From contig CAMNDG010000001.1 in assembly GCA_946534915.1 (NCBI GenBank), positions 122,268 through 186,267 on the forward strand: 64,000 nucleotides of DNA. The letters are read 5' to 3'. Source of the stretch: an uncultured Lachnospiraceae bacterium (GTDB taxonomy: Bacteria; Bacillota; Clostridia; Lachnospirales; Lachnospiraceae). Positions within the stretch are counted from its first letter, which is position 1. Each line of letters opens with the position of its first letter. Below, one piece after another: positions 1 to 8,696 of the stretch. Both the position numbers and the translations under genes were made by a program. The notes beneath the pieces were generated by a model. It did not search any database, was not told the DNA's origin, and was given only the letters and a program-made list of their open reading frames with translations.

Positions 1-52
1 ATTTGTCGAATATCGGATCTTTTAACAGGTCCTTCACTTCTCTAATTCTCAT
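1..52 (-). CDS. Partial ORF (N-terminus only), probable capsid scaffold protein
   Basis: ATG at 52-50 with RBS AGAAAGGA just upstream; reads MRIREVKDLLKDPIFDK to the window edge; position after portal-MuF-Prp fits a scaffold gene (function inferred from position only). Confidence 0.45.
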   Translation of the reverse strand, partial: MRIREVKDLLKDPIFDK

Positions 53-67
53 TTCTTTTTCCTTTCT

Positions 68-165
68 CCGTTTTCCGCCCGTCGGCGCTGTTTGTGTGAC
101 CGTAGCTTTTAAAGTCCTCCACGTCTGGACAAACCGTAAGGTTTTAGGTCTCTCACGTCTGGACC
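68..165 (-). ncRNA. Putative cis-regulatory RNA: tandem pseudoknot-like motifs in the leader of the probable scaffold gene
   Basis: Two related copies GGTCCAGACGTGAGAGACCTAAAACCTTACGG (165-134) and GTCCAGACGTGGAGGACTTTAAAAGCTACGG (130-100), plus CGCCGACGGGCGGAAAACGG (87-68) abutting the RBS. Confidence 0.5.
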
Positions 166-170
166 ATAAT

Positions 171-195
171 AAAAGCGCCTGTTTTCAGACGCTTC
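171..195 (-). terminator. Intrinsic terminator after prp
   Basis: GCGTCTG-AAAA-CAGGCGC followed by TTTTATT on the minus strand. Confidence 0.6.
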
Positions 196-207
196 TTCTT
201 ATCTTTT

Positions 208-534
208 TCAGTTGTCCGGACGGGTGTCTTCCATGACCTCTATCTTCATATCGTCCGGCCATGTGTCTGCCTGTGCCTGTAAGATGTCTATCAGAGCCAG
301 TATCATGCGGTTGTCATTTCCTTTGATGTGGTCTGTATAAATGACCATGTGCCCGCCGTGATCCTGGTAGGGGCTTGTGATGTCGTCGCGCCTGTATCCG
401 CATACATCGTAGTACGCCAGCGCCGTCTGCATCGCCGCAGAAACGGCCGCGCAGCATTCCGCAGCGCCGTTTGTGTTCCTGCGTGCATGTCCATCCACGA
501 CAATGGCGTTTTCGTATAACTGCACTCTAATCAT
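208..534 (-). CDS. prp: Phage-encoded ribosomal-processing cysteine protease Prp (DUF464 family)
   Basis: 108 aa; VDGHA...ECCAAVSA matches the Prp His/Cys catalytic motifs (GHA...VCAAVS); located in the head module. Confidence 0.75.
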   Translation of the reverse strand: MIRVQLYENAIVVDGHARRNTNGAAECCAAVSAAMQTALAYYDVCGYRRDDITSPYQDHGGHMVIYTDHIKGNDNRMILALIDILQAQADTWPDDMKIEVMEDTRPDN

Positions 535-796
535 TGTATTTCGCTCCTTTAAGCCATCTGATTATTTTCTGAACCTCAAAGGTCTTATATACAAGACCGG
601 CCTTTTCCTCGTTCTCCAAGAATAAAATGGACGGCGCGCCTTTTATGCCGTACTGCTTGACAAATTCCGGTGCGGCGCTCCCGTTTACCGTGTAGCACTG
701 CCCGGGGCATTCGTTTTTTACCTGGTCGAAGACTGTTCTTTTTATGTACCCGCAGCGCGGGCAGTTGTTTGTCGTTATCAGTACTATCTTTCTCAT
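527..796 (-). CDS. Thioredoxin/glutaredoxin-like protein
   Basis: 89 aa; CPRC redox motif near the N-terminus and YGIKGAPSILF cis-Pro loop. Confidence 0.75.
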   Translation of the reverse strand: MRKIVLITTNNCPRCGYIKRTVFDQVKNECPGQCYTVNGSAAPEFVKQYGIKGAPSILFLENEEKAGLVYKTFEVQKIIRWLKGAKYND

Positions 797-1779
797 TGGA
801 AATCTCCCGCCATTTTCTGTGCTTCTTCTTTTGTCGCGCTGTGACGGGCAACATAATCATCCATCCATTTATCCCAATCGGAGACATGGGGTTCTATGCG
901 GCAACGACAGTACGGATGCATGGGTGGAAAATTGACGCCCGCGACAGCTTCCGTGATCTTGTAAGGGCCGTGGTCTTCCAATGCGCGGCAAATCTTGCAA
1001 ACTTTGTCGTCGTTGTAGGTTGAAAAAGAGTATTCTGTAAAATCGGCCTTTATCGCCTCCATGCTCGCTTCTGCGTGGACGTGTGTTCCTTCTGTATAGA
1101 TGATCCCGTAGGCATCTTTTCTGCTTACTTTCTGCAATCTCTCGCTCAGGGCCTTTGTCATGGTCCTGTAAGAGTCCCCGCGTGCTATTCCCTGTGCAAA
1201 GTCTGTTTGCAGGTATTTTGCCATTTTCTCGCGGTCTGTTATGAGATAATCACGAACGCCGAATTCTGTCGCATAATAGGACATATCCGCCGCCGTAACT
1301 CTGCCCGGACGGCTTGCAATCTCCGCCAAGGTCTTATGAAAGGCGCCGCCACGGATATTCGTTCCGATGCGCGTTCTTTCCGAGATCTTGGAGAGATGCG
1401 CTGTTATGATCTTTTCGTCACGCGCCGCGCTCTCCATTGCTCTCAGTCGGATGCTTTCCTGTTCCGCTTCTAATCTATTGAGTTTATATATATTCTCGCG
1501 CTGCGGTGTTAAGTGAGCATATTCCGGGTTCTGTGCTGTGAACGACTCCCAGGCCTTCCAAATCTGCTCTTTCTGCGCCGGATCTGCATTTTCTAACAGG
1601 CGCCGGAACTCGATCACGCCGTCCTTCCCGTATCTCTGGTAGTACAGCGCAATCTCTCTTTCCAGGTCTTGCGCATCCTGTAAGTACAGCTTTGCGAGTC
1701 TTTTCTTTACCTTTTCTTCGTCTTTTTCTAAGGCCTTTAACAGGTCAAGCTGCCTTTTTATCCAATAGCTGTCAGCCAT
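793..1779 (-). CDS. Minor capsid/head morphogenesis protein (MuF, SPP1 gp7 family)
   Basis: N-terminal SYW.KR; C-terminal CKIC...NFPPMHPYCRC signature; follows the portal gene. Confidence 0.9.
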   Translation of the reverse strand: MADSYWIKRQLDLLKALEKDEEKVKKRLAKLYLQDAQDLEREIALYYQRYGKDGVIEFRRLLENADPAQKEQIWKAWESFTAQNPEYAHLTPQRENIYKLNRLEAEQESIRLRAMESAARDEKIITAHLSKISERTRIGTNIRGGAFHKTLAEIASRPGRVTAADMSYYATEFGVRDYLITDREKMAKYLQTDFAQGIARGDSYRTMTKALSERLQKVSRKDAYGIIYTEGTHVHAEASMEAIKADFTEYSFSTYNDDKVCKICRALEDHGPYKITEAVAGVNFPPMHPYCRCRIEPHVSDWDKWMDDYVARHSATKEEAQKMAGDFQ

Positions 1780-3116
1780 CAGCCTTCACCACCTTCACCG
1801 GAACCACCGCCGCGGTCTGTCTCGTAGTCGGTCGGGTAGTCCAACGGGTCGGTCTCTTTTTCGATCTGCTCCAGTTCTGCGTCTACGTCAGAAACAACGG
1901 ACATTACTTGCAGCTGTGTCCTGCGTGATGTTATTCCGCTCATCGCGCCGGCTGTCTGCGCTTCGTCTAACAGGTTGGCCGGAAGATTAAGCGTGTATTT
2001 GACATCGATCTTCTGCCAGTCATCTACTTCCAAATCTCCGGCGGGGTTGCTGCATATCAGCTTGTAAAGCTGCTTTATAGACTTTGTCAGCCTGCGGTTG
2101 ATCTTTCCGGCCAAATTGGTCATGGGCTGTAATCTGTACTTCATGGCCTGCCCGCTTGCCGCTGTAAAATCGGCGTCGCTGATATTCACCACCATGGCAG
2201 TAACGAAGATCAGTTCATACAGGCGGTTCAGCAGGTTCTCCTGGCTGCCGTCCGCATTGGGCCTCTCTAAGAACTCCACCACGAGGTCGGAGGCGTTCCG
2301 GCCTTTGAGATTGATTACCCTGTTATTCCTTATCCATTTCAGGCTTTTATCGTCGATATCGGCGCCGAGGATCTTGAGATACGCATCGGCGAACATGCTG
2401 ATGTCATTGGCCTTGTCGCTCAATAACTGGTTGAAGGCGTCGATCAGATTGAGAACATCGGCAAAAATGCCTTTTCTGATGATCCCCGTCGACAGCTCCA
2501 CCGCTGGAACGCCCTCGAAGCCGTGTCTTTCTTCGGCGGTCCATTCAATGGCGCCCGCCCAATCGAAGTATCTTATGTTCCCTTCTCCGTCTGATACGCT
2601 TCCATGCCGTTTACGGTCAATGTCGTAAAAGGTTCTGACATAATAGAGCGGTCTCTGTCTGATCCCTTCGTCATAGATTATGAATGACTCTTCCGGGTCT
2701 GTCGCCGCTATGCCGATGTCTCCGAATTCGTCTTCGTATGCCATCAGGTAAGAACGGCCATATATCAGCATCGAGTCAACCGCTGCCGCAAGCTGTTCGA
2801 TCATTCCCGCTGCGTCGTTGTAGTCCGTCACTCTCTGTGCCGTCGCAGCGTCATCCGACTTGATTTGCTGGGGCACGCCCTGAACGTATCCCGAAAACGT
2901 ATCTACGATGTAAGAGGCAAAATTGACTGCCAGTCTGTTGTCGGGCTTCCATGCCGGTTTTTTAGGCTGCCGGAAAATTTTGTATTTTCCTTCGTAGGCA
3001 TCCCGGAGCGGTCTGTATTTTCTGGCAACGTATTCGTCATTTTTTCTGATGAACTTCGCCAGGTCTTCCGCTGTGAGCTCCCGCCCGCGCGGGTATCTGA
3101 ATATTTTCTTTTCCAT
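1779..3116 (-). CDS. Phage portal protein (SPP1 type)
   Basis: 445 aa; KPDNRLAVNFASYIVDTFSGY and SGQAMKYRL motifs; directly after the terminase large subunit. Confidence 0.9.
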   Translation of the reverse strand: MEKKIFRYPRGRELTAEDLAKFIRKNDEYVARKYRPLRDAYEGKYKIFRQPKKPAWKPDNRLAVNFASYIVDTFSGYVQGVPQQIKSDDAATAQRVTDYNDAAGMIEQLAAAVDSMLIYGRSYLMAYEDEFGDIGIAATDPEESFIIYDEGIRQRPLYYVRTFYDIDRKRHGSVSDGEGNIRYFDWAGAIEWTAEERHGFEGVPAVELSTGIIRKGIFADVLNLIDAFNQLLSDKANDISMFADAYLKILGADIDDKSLKWIRNNRVINLKGRNASDLVVEFLERPNADGSQENLLNRLYELIFVTAMVVNISDADFTAASGQAMKYRLQPMTNLAGKINRRLTKSIKQLYKLICSNPAGDLEVDDWQKIDVKYTLNLPANLLDEAQTAGAMSGITSRRTQLQVMSVVSDVDAELEQIEKETDPLDYPTDYETDRGGGSGEGGEG

Positions 3117-3144
3117 TTTCTATATCTCCCTAATACCTTCGGCA

Positions 3145-4464
3145 TTACAGGCCGCCGGCCCAGTTCGTGCCGGTCTCCAATTCGAGGCCGTCAATCACAT
3201 GCATCCAGCCATATCGCAGCGCGTCGCATGCGTGATCATTTTCTTTTACGGGCTTCTCGACGCCGTGCTTTGCCGCCGTTGAGTCCCATACATAGCCGGA
3301 TATTTCTTCGAGTAACATCTCGCAGTTTTTGTCTATCTTTATTTCGCCGTTCCCGAGGCCGGAGCTTGTTTCCCGGATCCCGTCGAGAACGGCGTTGTCT
3401 GCGTCTTCGGTTTCGAGGCCGTCTTCTTCCAACTGCACCTTAAAGGAAGCCGCCGCCGGGTCTACAATGATGACATCGAGTGTCAGTAGATCATCATCAA
3501 GCCATCGGATTATGTCTTGCGAATACTGGCGGTCCGTTTTCTGCTTTCCGCTGTCTCTGCCGCTGTGGTAGTATTCACGGCGTATATACCATGTATTGTC
3601 ACGGCCCAGGCTCCACAACAGCGCCGCCGTTGCGTTGCTTGTACCGTAGTCTATGCTGACGAATGTCTTTTTCCAAAATGTCTTTCCGTTCTTTTTCCGG
3701 TATTCTTCCGCGATCCTTTCGGTGTCTACTGTGTCGGCCTCGGTATCGATCATGTCGTATATCAGGCCGTCCGCTGCCACCCATTCGCCGAGAATGTAAC
3801 GGCGGAACCATGTACCGACATATAAACGGCGGTATCTGTCGCGGATCTCTTTCGACAGGCTCGTGTTGTCGTCCATTGTAAAGTGGAGATACAGCATCCG
3901 CTTTTCCTTGTGCTGGTCAATCCACTCTTTTTTGATCCAGTGCCCGGCGTTTCCCGGGTTACAGTTCATCCAAATTTTGGAGCCTTCGACACTGCATCGG
4001 CCTATTGCCTGCTCGACGAAGGAGCGGGGCATCAGAACAACTTCATCCAGGAATATTCCGGCAAGTGTAATTCCTTGAATTAGATCCTGGCTGCGTTCGT
4101 CCCTGCCGCCGAATATATAGAATTCCGCGCTCTTTTTGCCTTTTTTGATTATCAGCAAATTGTCGGCGCGCTTGTCAGTGATCTCATATCCGAGCGCCGG
4201 CAATGCCTGTTTCATCGGTCCCAGCACGTTTCGACGGAAAGAACCGATCGTTTTTCCGCACATTCCCAGTGTGCAGCCGTCATGTGCATGCAGCGCCCAC
4301 ATAACAAACGATATACACATACATAGTGTTTTACCGCTTCGAATAGCGCCGTCTGCAATAATGCCGGAGTAATGTTCGACCGGGCTTCCAGGCACCCACC
4401 AATTGAGTAACTGGCGCTGTCGTTTTGAGAACGGGGAGAAACGGAACTTACTCTTTTTCTTCAT
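3145..4464 (-). CDS. Terminase large subunit (PBSX family)
   Basis: Walker A GAIRSGKT, Walker B FLDE, NCNP coupling motif, nuclease motifs DYG and DHACDALRY. Confidence 0.95.
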   Translation of the reverse strand: MKKKSKFRFSPFSKRQRQLLNWWVPGSPVEHYSGIIADGAIRSGKTLCMCISFVMWALHAHDGCTLGMCGKTIGSFRRNVLGPMKQALPALGYEITDKRADNLLIIKKGKKSAEFYIFGGRDERSQDLIQGITLAGIFLDEVVLMPRSFVEQAIGRCSVEGSKIWMNCNPGNAGHWIKKEWIDQHKEKRMLYLHFTMDDNTSLSKEIRDRYRRLYVGTWFRRYILGEWVAADGLIYDMIDTEADTVDTERIAEEYRKKNGKTFWKKTFVSIDYGTSNATAALLWSLGRDNTWYIRREYYHSGRDSGKQKTDRQYSQDIIRWLDDDLLTLDVIIVDPAAASFKVQLEEDGLETEDADNAVLDGIRETSSGLGNGEIKIDKNCEMLLEEISGYVWDSTAAKHGVEKPVKENDHACDALRYGWMHVIDGLELETGTNWAGGL

Positions 4465-5002
4465 TCTCTTCCCCGCTTTCTGTCTCCCAGTCCTGTCCGG
4501 CGGTTCCCATAAGGGCAGCTAAGAAGGTGTCTTCGGTTTCGTCGTTCTCTTCTTCGGCTTCTTCTGCCTTTATGACCTGCTTTTTCAGGGCTTCTTCTTT
4601 CGCCCTGTCCAGGTCTGCCGCCGCTTTCATGCGGTCGGTCTGCGCGTCCTGCTGCTTGTCGTCGCGTTCGGTTGTCGCCGCCTGTCCGCTGTATTTTGCA
4701 ACGTATTCAGCAGCTTTGACGGATCCCGCGAGGGCTTCTCTCACCATCGCCGCGTTAAGCGCTGTCTGCATATCCGGATCAAGTCCGAGGGCTTCGAGCT
4801 GTTCCCTCATGACATCGTCCGGAACCTGCATTGTTAATATTTGGTTTAGGACTTTCTTGAAGTCCGCTTTCTTTCGTCTGGCGGCGCCGCTTGCTTTGCC
4901 GCCCATTGTTGCTATGCGTTTTTGTTCAATCTCCGTTCGGCGGTTCATCGGAATTAGGTTTGCCCTTCCGTCATAACCGCCGGCCCCTTTGCCTTTGGCC
5001 AT
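4448..5002 (-). CDS. Probable terminase small subunit
   Basis: NLIP...IATMGGKASGAARRKK motif typical of small-terminase-like proteins; overlaps the terL start. Confidence 0.65.
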   Translation of the reverse strand: MAKGKGAGGYDGRANLIPMNRRTEIEQKRIATMGGKASGAARRKKADFKKVLNQILTMQVPDDVMREQLEALGLDPDMQTALNAAMVREALAGSVKAAEYVAKYSGQAATTERDDKQQDAQTDRMKAAADLDRAKEEALKKQVIKAEEAEEENDETEDTFLAALMGTAGQDWETESGEENEEKE

Positions 5003-5037
5003 GTCAGCCGCCTCTCTTTCTATTTAATTTCTATGAA

Positions 5038-6081
5038 TTAAAAAACAGCCTCAGGGGCTGGTTCTGTCTTTTCTTCTATCGCTTTTTCTATTCTGTTCTT
5101 TGCCGTCTCGTAGAACTTTTTATCCAGTTCTATTCCGATGAACTTTCTGCCGGTATTGACTGCCGCGACGCCTGTTGAACCGCTTCCCATTACATTATCC
5201 AGGACCGTTTCGCCCTCATTGGTATAGGTCTTGATCAGGTATTCCAGGAGAGCGACGGGCTTTTGTGTGGGGTGGAGTCCGTCCTTTTCCTGCGGGTATT
5301 TGATAATTGATACAGGAAAATACATATTCGAACGAGTCGGGGCAACTGTTCTGTTGTTGTATTGTTTCCAGGAACCGTGAGTCCGAGCATGCTCCTTCCC
5401 CTCCGTCATTTGTGGGTTATACGTCAGTGCGTGAGCCTCGTCATACTCGCGCTTCGCCTCGTCATACTCGTGCTTTGCCTCGTCATACTCGTGCTTTGCC
5501 TCGTCATACTCGCGCTGAAAAAATCCGGTCGTCTGCAATTTCTTGTAGTCTTCCAGCTTCGGAAAAGCAAACTGCGTTTTTCGTGTGAAGTAATGAGAAC
5601 CCATATAGTTCCCGAGAACTTCGCGTATATTGAAGCCGGCCTTTTCTGCCTTCTGTTTTTCGCCGATCAGGTAGTCTTTCGACTCCTGAAAGTAATTCGT
5701 CGTATCATAGAATAAATCCGAAGAATAAAAAACACTGATTATCTCGTGCTTTTTGAGCGGCATCTTGTTTGCAGAAAGAAAGCCGGAGGCCGTCATTTTC
5801 TCCCATATCCAGTCATAACGGTAATCATTAATATTCGACATTCTAAGCATTGTGGAGAAAGGTTCGGAGCCGAACAATACAATGATGCCATTGCTTTTAC
5901 AGACGCGCTTGTACTGCTCCCATAAGGGTTCGAATGGAATACGCGTGTCCCACTCGCAGGCCGTCGTTCCGTACGGCAAGTCCGCCAGGATCATATCAAC
6001 GCTCCCGTCCGGTATCTCTTTCATTCTTTCCAGGCAGTCGCCCTGCATCAGGGAGACGCCGTTCACAAATTCAAGGCTCAT
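5038..6081 (-). CDS. Site-specific DNA methyltransferase (N6-A/N4-C, beta class)
   Basis: GDCLE, catalytic DLPY, HPTQKPVALLEYLI and DNVMGSGST motifs; ATG at 6081 overlaps the metK stop (ATGA). Confidence 0.9.
   Translation of the reverse strand: MSLEFVNGVSLMQGDCLERMKEIPDGSVDMILADLPYGTTACEWDTRIPFEPLWEQYKRVCKSNGIIVLFGSEPFSTMLRMSNINDYRYDWIWEKMTASGFLSANKMPLKKHEIISVFYSSDLFYDTTNYFQESKDYLIGEKQKAEKAGFNIREVLGNYMGSHYFTRKTQFAFPKLEDYKKLQTTGFFQREYDEAKHEYDEAKHEYDEAKREYDEAHALTYNPQMTEGKEHARTHGSWKQYNNRTVAPTRSNMYFPVSIIKYPQEKDGLHPTQKPVALLEYLIKTYTNEGETVLDNVMGSGSTGVAAVNTGRKFIGIELDKKFYETAKNRIEKAIEEKTEPAPEAVF
5435..5516. repeat. In-frame 21-bp tandem repeat x4 inside the MTase, encoding (R/H)EYDEAK
   Basis: Unit GCCTCGTCATACTCGYGCTTY starts at 5435, 5456, 5477 and 5498. 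Confidence 0.9.
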
Positions 6082-6866
6082 CTTATCAGCCCCCATTCGG
6101 CGAACTTTTCAAATCCGCCGATCTTTTCTATGTATTTTCTTGCTTCTTTAACTATCGCCTCATAAGGCAGGCCGTCCACATACTCATCACCGATCGAACA
6201 GGAGAGCTCCACCGGCTGCCCGGTCTCCTGGGTTTTTAAAAAGGCATATATGTTTACGGAAACATCCGCCTTCGAGAGGTCCTTTCCGTGCAGTCCGCCG
6301 CCCGTTACTCCGTCCCCCATATCGGAGCCGAGTTTTCTATTCGTTGCACCGGCGTCTGTGTCTGTTCCGCCGGTCCAGTCCCCGAGCGGGTTCACTGTCG
6401 CGCCCGGGTATTCTTTCTTTATCTTTTCTGTCTCTGCCATGCTCTGGCATATTGTGAGGCGGTCTCCATCTATCAGATATTTGCCGTCTGAGGGATATTC
6501 GGCGTATATCTCTTTCGCTATCTGCGCCAGTTTCTTCTGTTCGGCTGTTACCGGCGCGCCCCTGAATATGCCGTTATCTCCGCAACGGATGATGTTCTCC
6601 TGGTTCTTCGCCAGGTGCTCATCCTGCGGCGCTGCTATGATCCGTGTTCTTATGCTTTCCCCGGCAATTCTGTGGACAATATCCTCAATTTCATAAACCG
6701 CCATATCCGTTCCGGTTTCGATCATGACTGTACACACTCCATGACCGATCAGAACTTCGACGGCTATCCGCGGGTTTTCTTCTTTCTTATAGGCCAGGTC
6801 TACAATTGCGCCCGCTATTCTGTCGGCAATTTTGTCAGGGTGTGACATGTTCACTTTTTCGAACAT
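6078..6866 (-). CDS. metK: Phage-encoded short S-adenosylmethionine synthetase
   Basis: HPDKIAD, GDNG, DAGATNRK and GGGLHGKDLSKAD correspond to the MetK motifs GHPDK, GDQG, DAGLTGRK and GGGAFSGKD; only 262 aa. Confidence 0.85.
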   Translation of the reverse strand: MFEKVNMSHPDKIADRIAGAIVDLAYKKEENPRIAVEVLIGHGVCTVMIETGTDMAVYEIEDIVHRIAGESIRTRIIAAPQDEHLAKNQENIIRCGDNGIFRGAPVTAEQKKLAQIAKEIYAEYPSDGKYLIDGDRLTICQSMAETEKIKKEYPGATVNPLGDWTGGTDTDAGATNRKLGSDMGDGVTGGGLHGKDLSKADVSVNIYAFLKTQETGQPVELSCSIGDEYVDGLPYEAIVKEARKYIEKIGGFEKFAEWGLIR

Positions 6867-7798
6867 TCTTCTTTCTCTCTTTCCGCTTTCCTTATTCTGT
6901 ATCGTTCGCGGGCCAATGCCCGTCTGCGCTCTTTTTCTTCTTCGCTCATGTTCCGCCAGCGCTCTTTATATCTTGCCTTGGATTCTTCTTTGTGGGCTTC
7001 GGCGTATTTCCTCTGATATTCGCGCTTCCGCGCTTTGCTGGCCTCTGAGCGGCGCGCTTCGTATTCTCTCTGTTTTTCCGGGTTGTTTTCCCGCCATTCC
7101 CGCATATAGTCCGGATGCTGTTCAAGCCATTCCTCTGTACTGGTTTTATCGCCGGCGGTTTTCTGGTCGTGATATTTCTTTCGCGCGTGCTCCAATATCT
7201 GTTCTTTGTGCAGCGCGTAGTATTTCCTGTTATATTCTTTCCGCTTCGCTCTCTGTTCTTCGTCCATGGAGTGGTAACGAGTTAACTGCGCCGCTTTCTG
7301 CGCCTCTTTGTGTTCCTGGTAGTATTGTTTGCTGCGCTCGTTGATCTCATCGCGGCGGTCCTGGTAGTACTGTTTGGAGTACGCTTTATCGCGTTCCAGG
7401 TTCGCGGCCCGGCGCTCGCGCATTTTCTGCAGGATCCTGTCACGGTGCTTCCAGTAATATTTCCGGCGCCTTTCGCGCGCCTTCGCAAAATACTCATCGT
7501 CGAATGATGTAACTTCCCCGCAGTCCATTGATAAGACGGCATCGGATAGTTCACACTGTGCCCATTGTCCGCGGCGGTGCTCTTCTCTGAGGATCTCGCG
7601 GAAACGGTTTGTGATGATCATACGGGCCAGGGGTTTGTACTTATCGCCCGGCGCCGCTTCCAGCTTATCCAGGCATTTGATCAGTACCAGGTGGGCCTCT
7701 TGTTTCAGGTCCTCGCGGTCCGTCTTTGCGCCGCTGAATTTAAGACACACGCTGTCGATTATCGGTTCTAATTCCGGCATGTATTCTTCGTAGGTCAT
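6851..7798 (-). CDS. Sigma-70 region 2-like domain fused to a long charged helical repeat tail
   Basis: DREDLKQEAHLVLIKCLDK...ARMIITNRFREILR resembles sigma region 2; C-terminal ~200 aa of repeated YYxxHxE-type segments; RBS GAAGGA precedes the ATG at 7798. Confidence 0.6.
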   Translation of the reverse strand: MTYEEYMPELEPIIDSVCLKFSGAKTDREDLKQEAHLVLIKCLDKLEAAPGDKYKPLARMIITNRFREILREEHRRGQWAQCELSDAVLSMDCGEVTSFDDEYFAKARERRRKYYWKHRDRILQKMRERRAANLERDKAYSKQYYQDRRDEINERSKQYYQEHKEAQKAAQLTRYHSMDEEQRAKRKEYNRKYYALHKEQILEHARKKYHDQKTAGDKTSTEEWLEQHPDYMREWRENNPEKQREYEARRSEASKARKREYQRKYAEAHKEESKARYKERWRNMSEEEKERRRALARERYRIRKAEREKEECSKK

Positions 7799-7816
7799 CC
7801 AGGTTCCTTCCGCATT

Positions 7817-7839
7817 AAAAAAACAGCCCGCAGGCTGTC
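7817..7839 (-). terminator. Intrinsic terminator-like hairpin
   Basis: GACAGCC-TGC-GGGCTGTTTTTTT on the minus strand. Confidence 0.55.
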
Positions 7840-8022
7840 TTATTCGTTTTCTTCGCTTTCTTCTTCGTTTGCCCCGCATGGGACCATGTACAGGATCTCA
7901 GCCCCGCAGTGAGTGCAATGACAAACATGCACTATTCCTTCGCCCTCGTAGCCGTAGTCTTCATAATCGTAGTCGCTGTCCCATATGACGGCGCGTTCGC
8001 CGCAGTGAAAACATTCATACAT
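7840..8022 (-). CDS. Small zinc-ribbon phage protein
   Basis: 60 aa from MYECFHCG; two CxxC pairs (CFHC, CTHC). Confidence 0.6.
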   Translation of the reverse strand: MYECFHCGERAVIWDSDYDYEDYGYEGEGIVHVCHCTHCGAEILYMVPCGANEEESEENE

Positions 8023-8035
8023 TTTCCCGTCCCTC

Positions 8036-8479
8036 TCATGCTCTCGGAGCGACCGGCGTATTGACTGCCTTCTGGACATCCCAGCCCGCGTTCAAACGGC
8101 TCGCAAGCGTGGACGGGTGTATTCCAGCAAAAGCGGCCCATTGTGACAGTGTTCCTTTTACGCCTCCGATTGTGATGTATCGGCAGCAGCTTCTGTTTCT
8201 GTTGGACTGTGCCGGGGTCAGCCAGCGGCAGTTTTCCGGATAATAACCTCTGTCGTTATCTATACGGTCGAGATAGAGGCCTGGCCGCCAGCCGTGGCTC
8301 AATGCCCATCTTCCGAACGCTGCGCTGTTGTGCCGCCATTCATCGCAGACAGTAATTCCACGGCCGCCATAATTGGGATATGCTTCGTGCGATTCCGCGT
8401 AGCATCGTGACAGCATGTTGTACCATGATCGATACCAGCCGGGTCTGCCATATGCGTCCATATCAAGATTGCGACTCAT
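8036..8479 (-). CDS. HNH homing endonuclease-like protein
   Basis: WYNMLSRC...YGGRGITVCDEW...LDRIDNDRGYYPENCRW...N signature with a C-terminal HTH-like segment; RBS GGAGGAG. Confidence 0.85.
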   Translation of the reverse strand: MSRNLDMDAYGRPGWYRSWYNMLSRCYAESHEAYPNYGGRGITVCDEWRHNSAAFGRWALSHGWRPGLYLDRIDNDRGYYPENCRWLTPAQSNRNRSCCRYITIGGVKGTLSQWAAFAGIHPSTLASRLNAGWDVQKAVNTPVAPRA

Positions 8480-8511
8480 GTTATTAACTCCTCCGTTGTG
8501 TTTTATGCAAT

Positions 8512-8535
8512 AAAAAAAGACCGTTTCCGGTCTTC
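8512..8535 (-). terminator. Intrinsic terminator upstream of the HNH gene
   Basis: AAGACCG-GAAA-CGGTCTTTTTTT on the minus strand. Confidence 0.6.
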
Positions 8536-8696
8536 GTTCATCCGCCGCGTGCGCTGCGCGGGTTGGATGTTATTCAATATTCAATCTTTCACCCCATAAA
8601 AGGGGGCCAGGCAGTAACGTGACTACCTGGCCGGGTCAGAGCGAAAGGAGCGGATAAGGCATTGAGTGCCTGCCCTATACCTTATCCATCATACAT

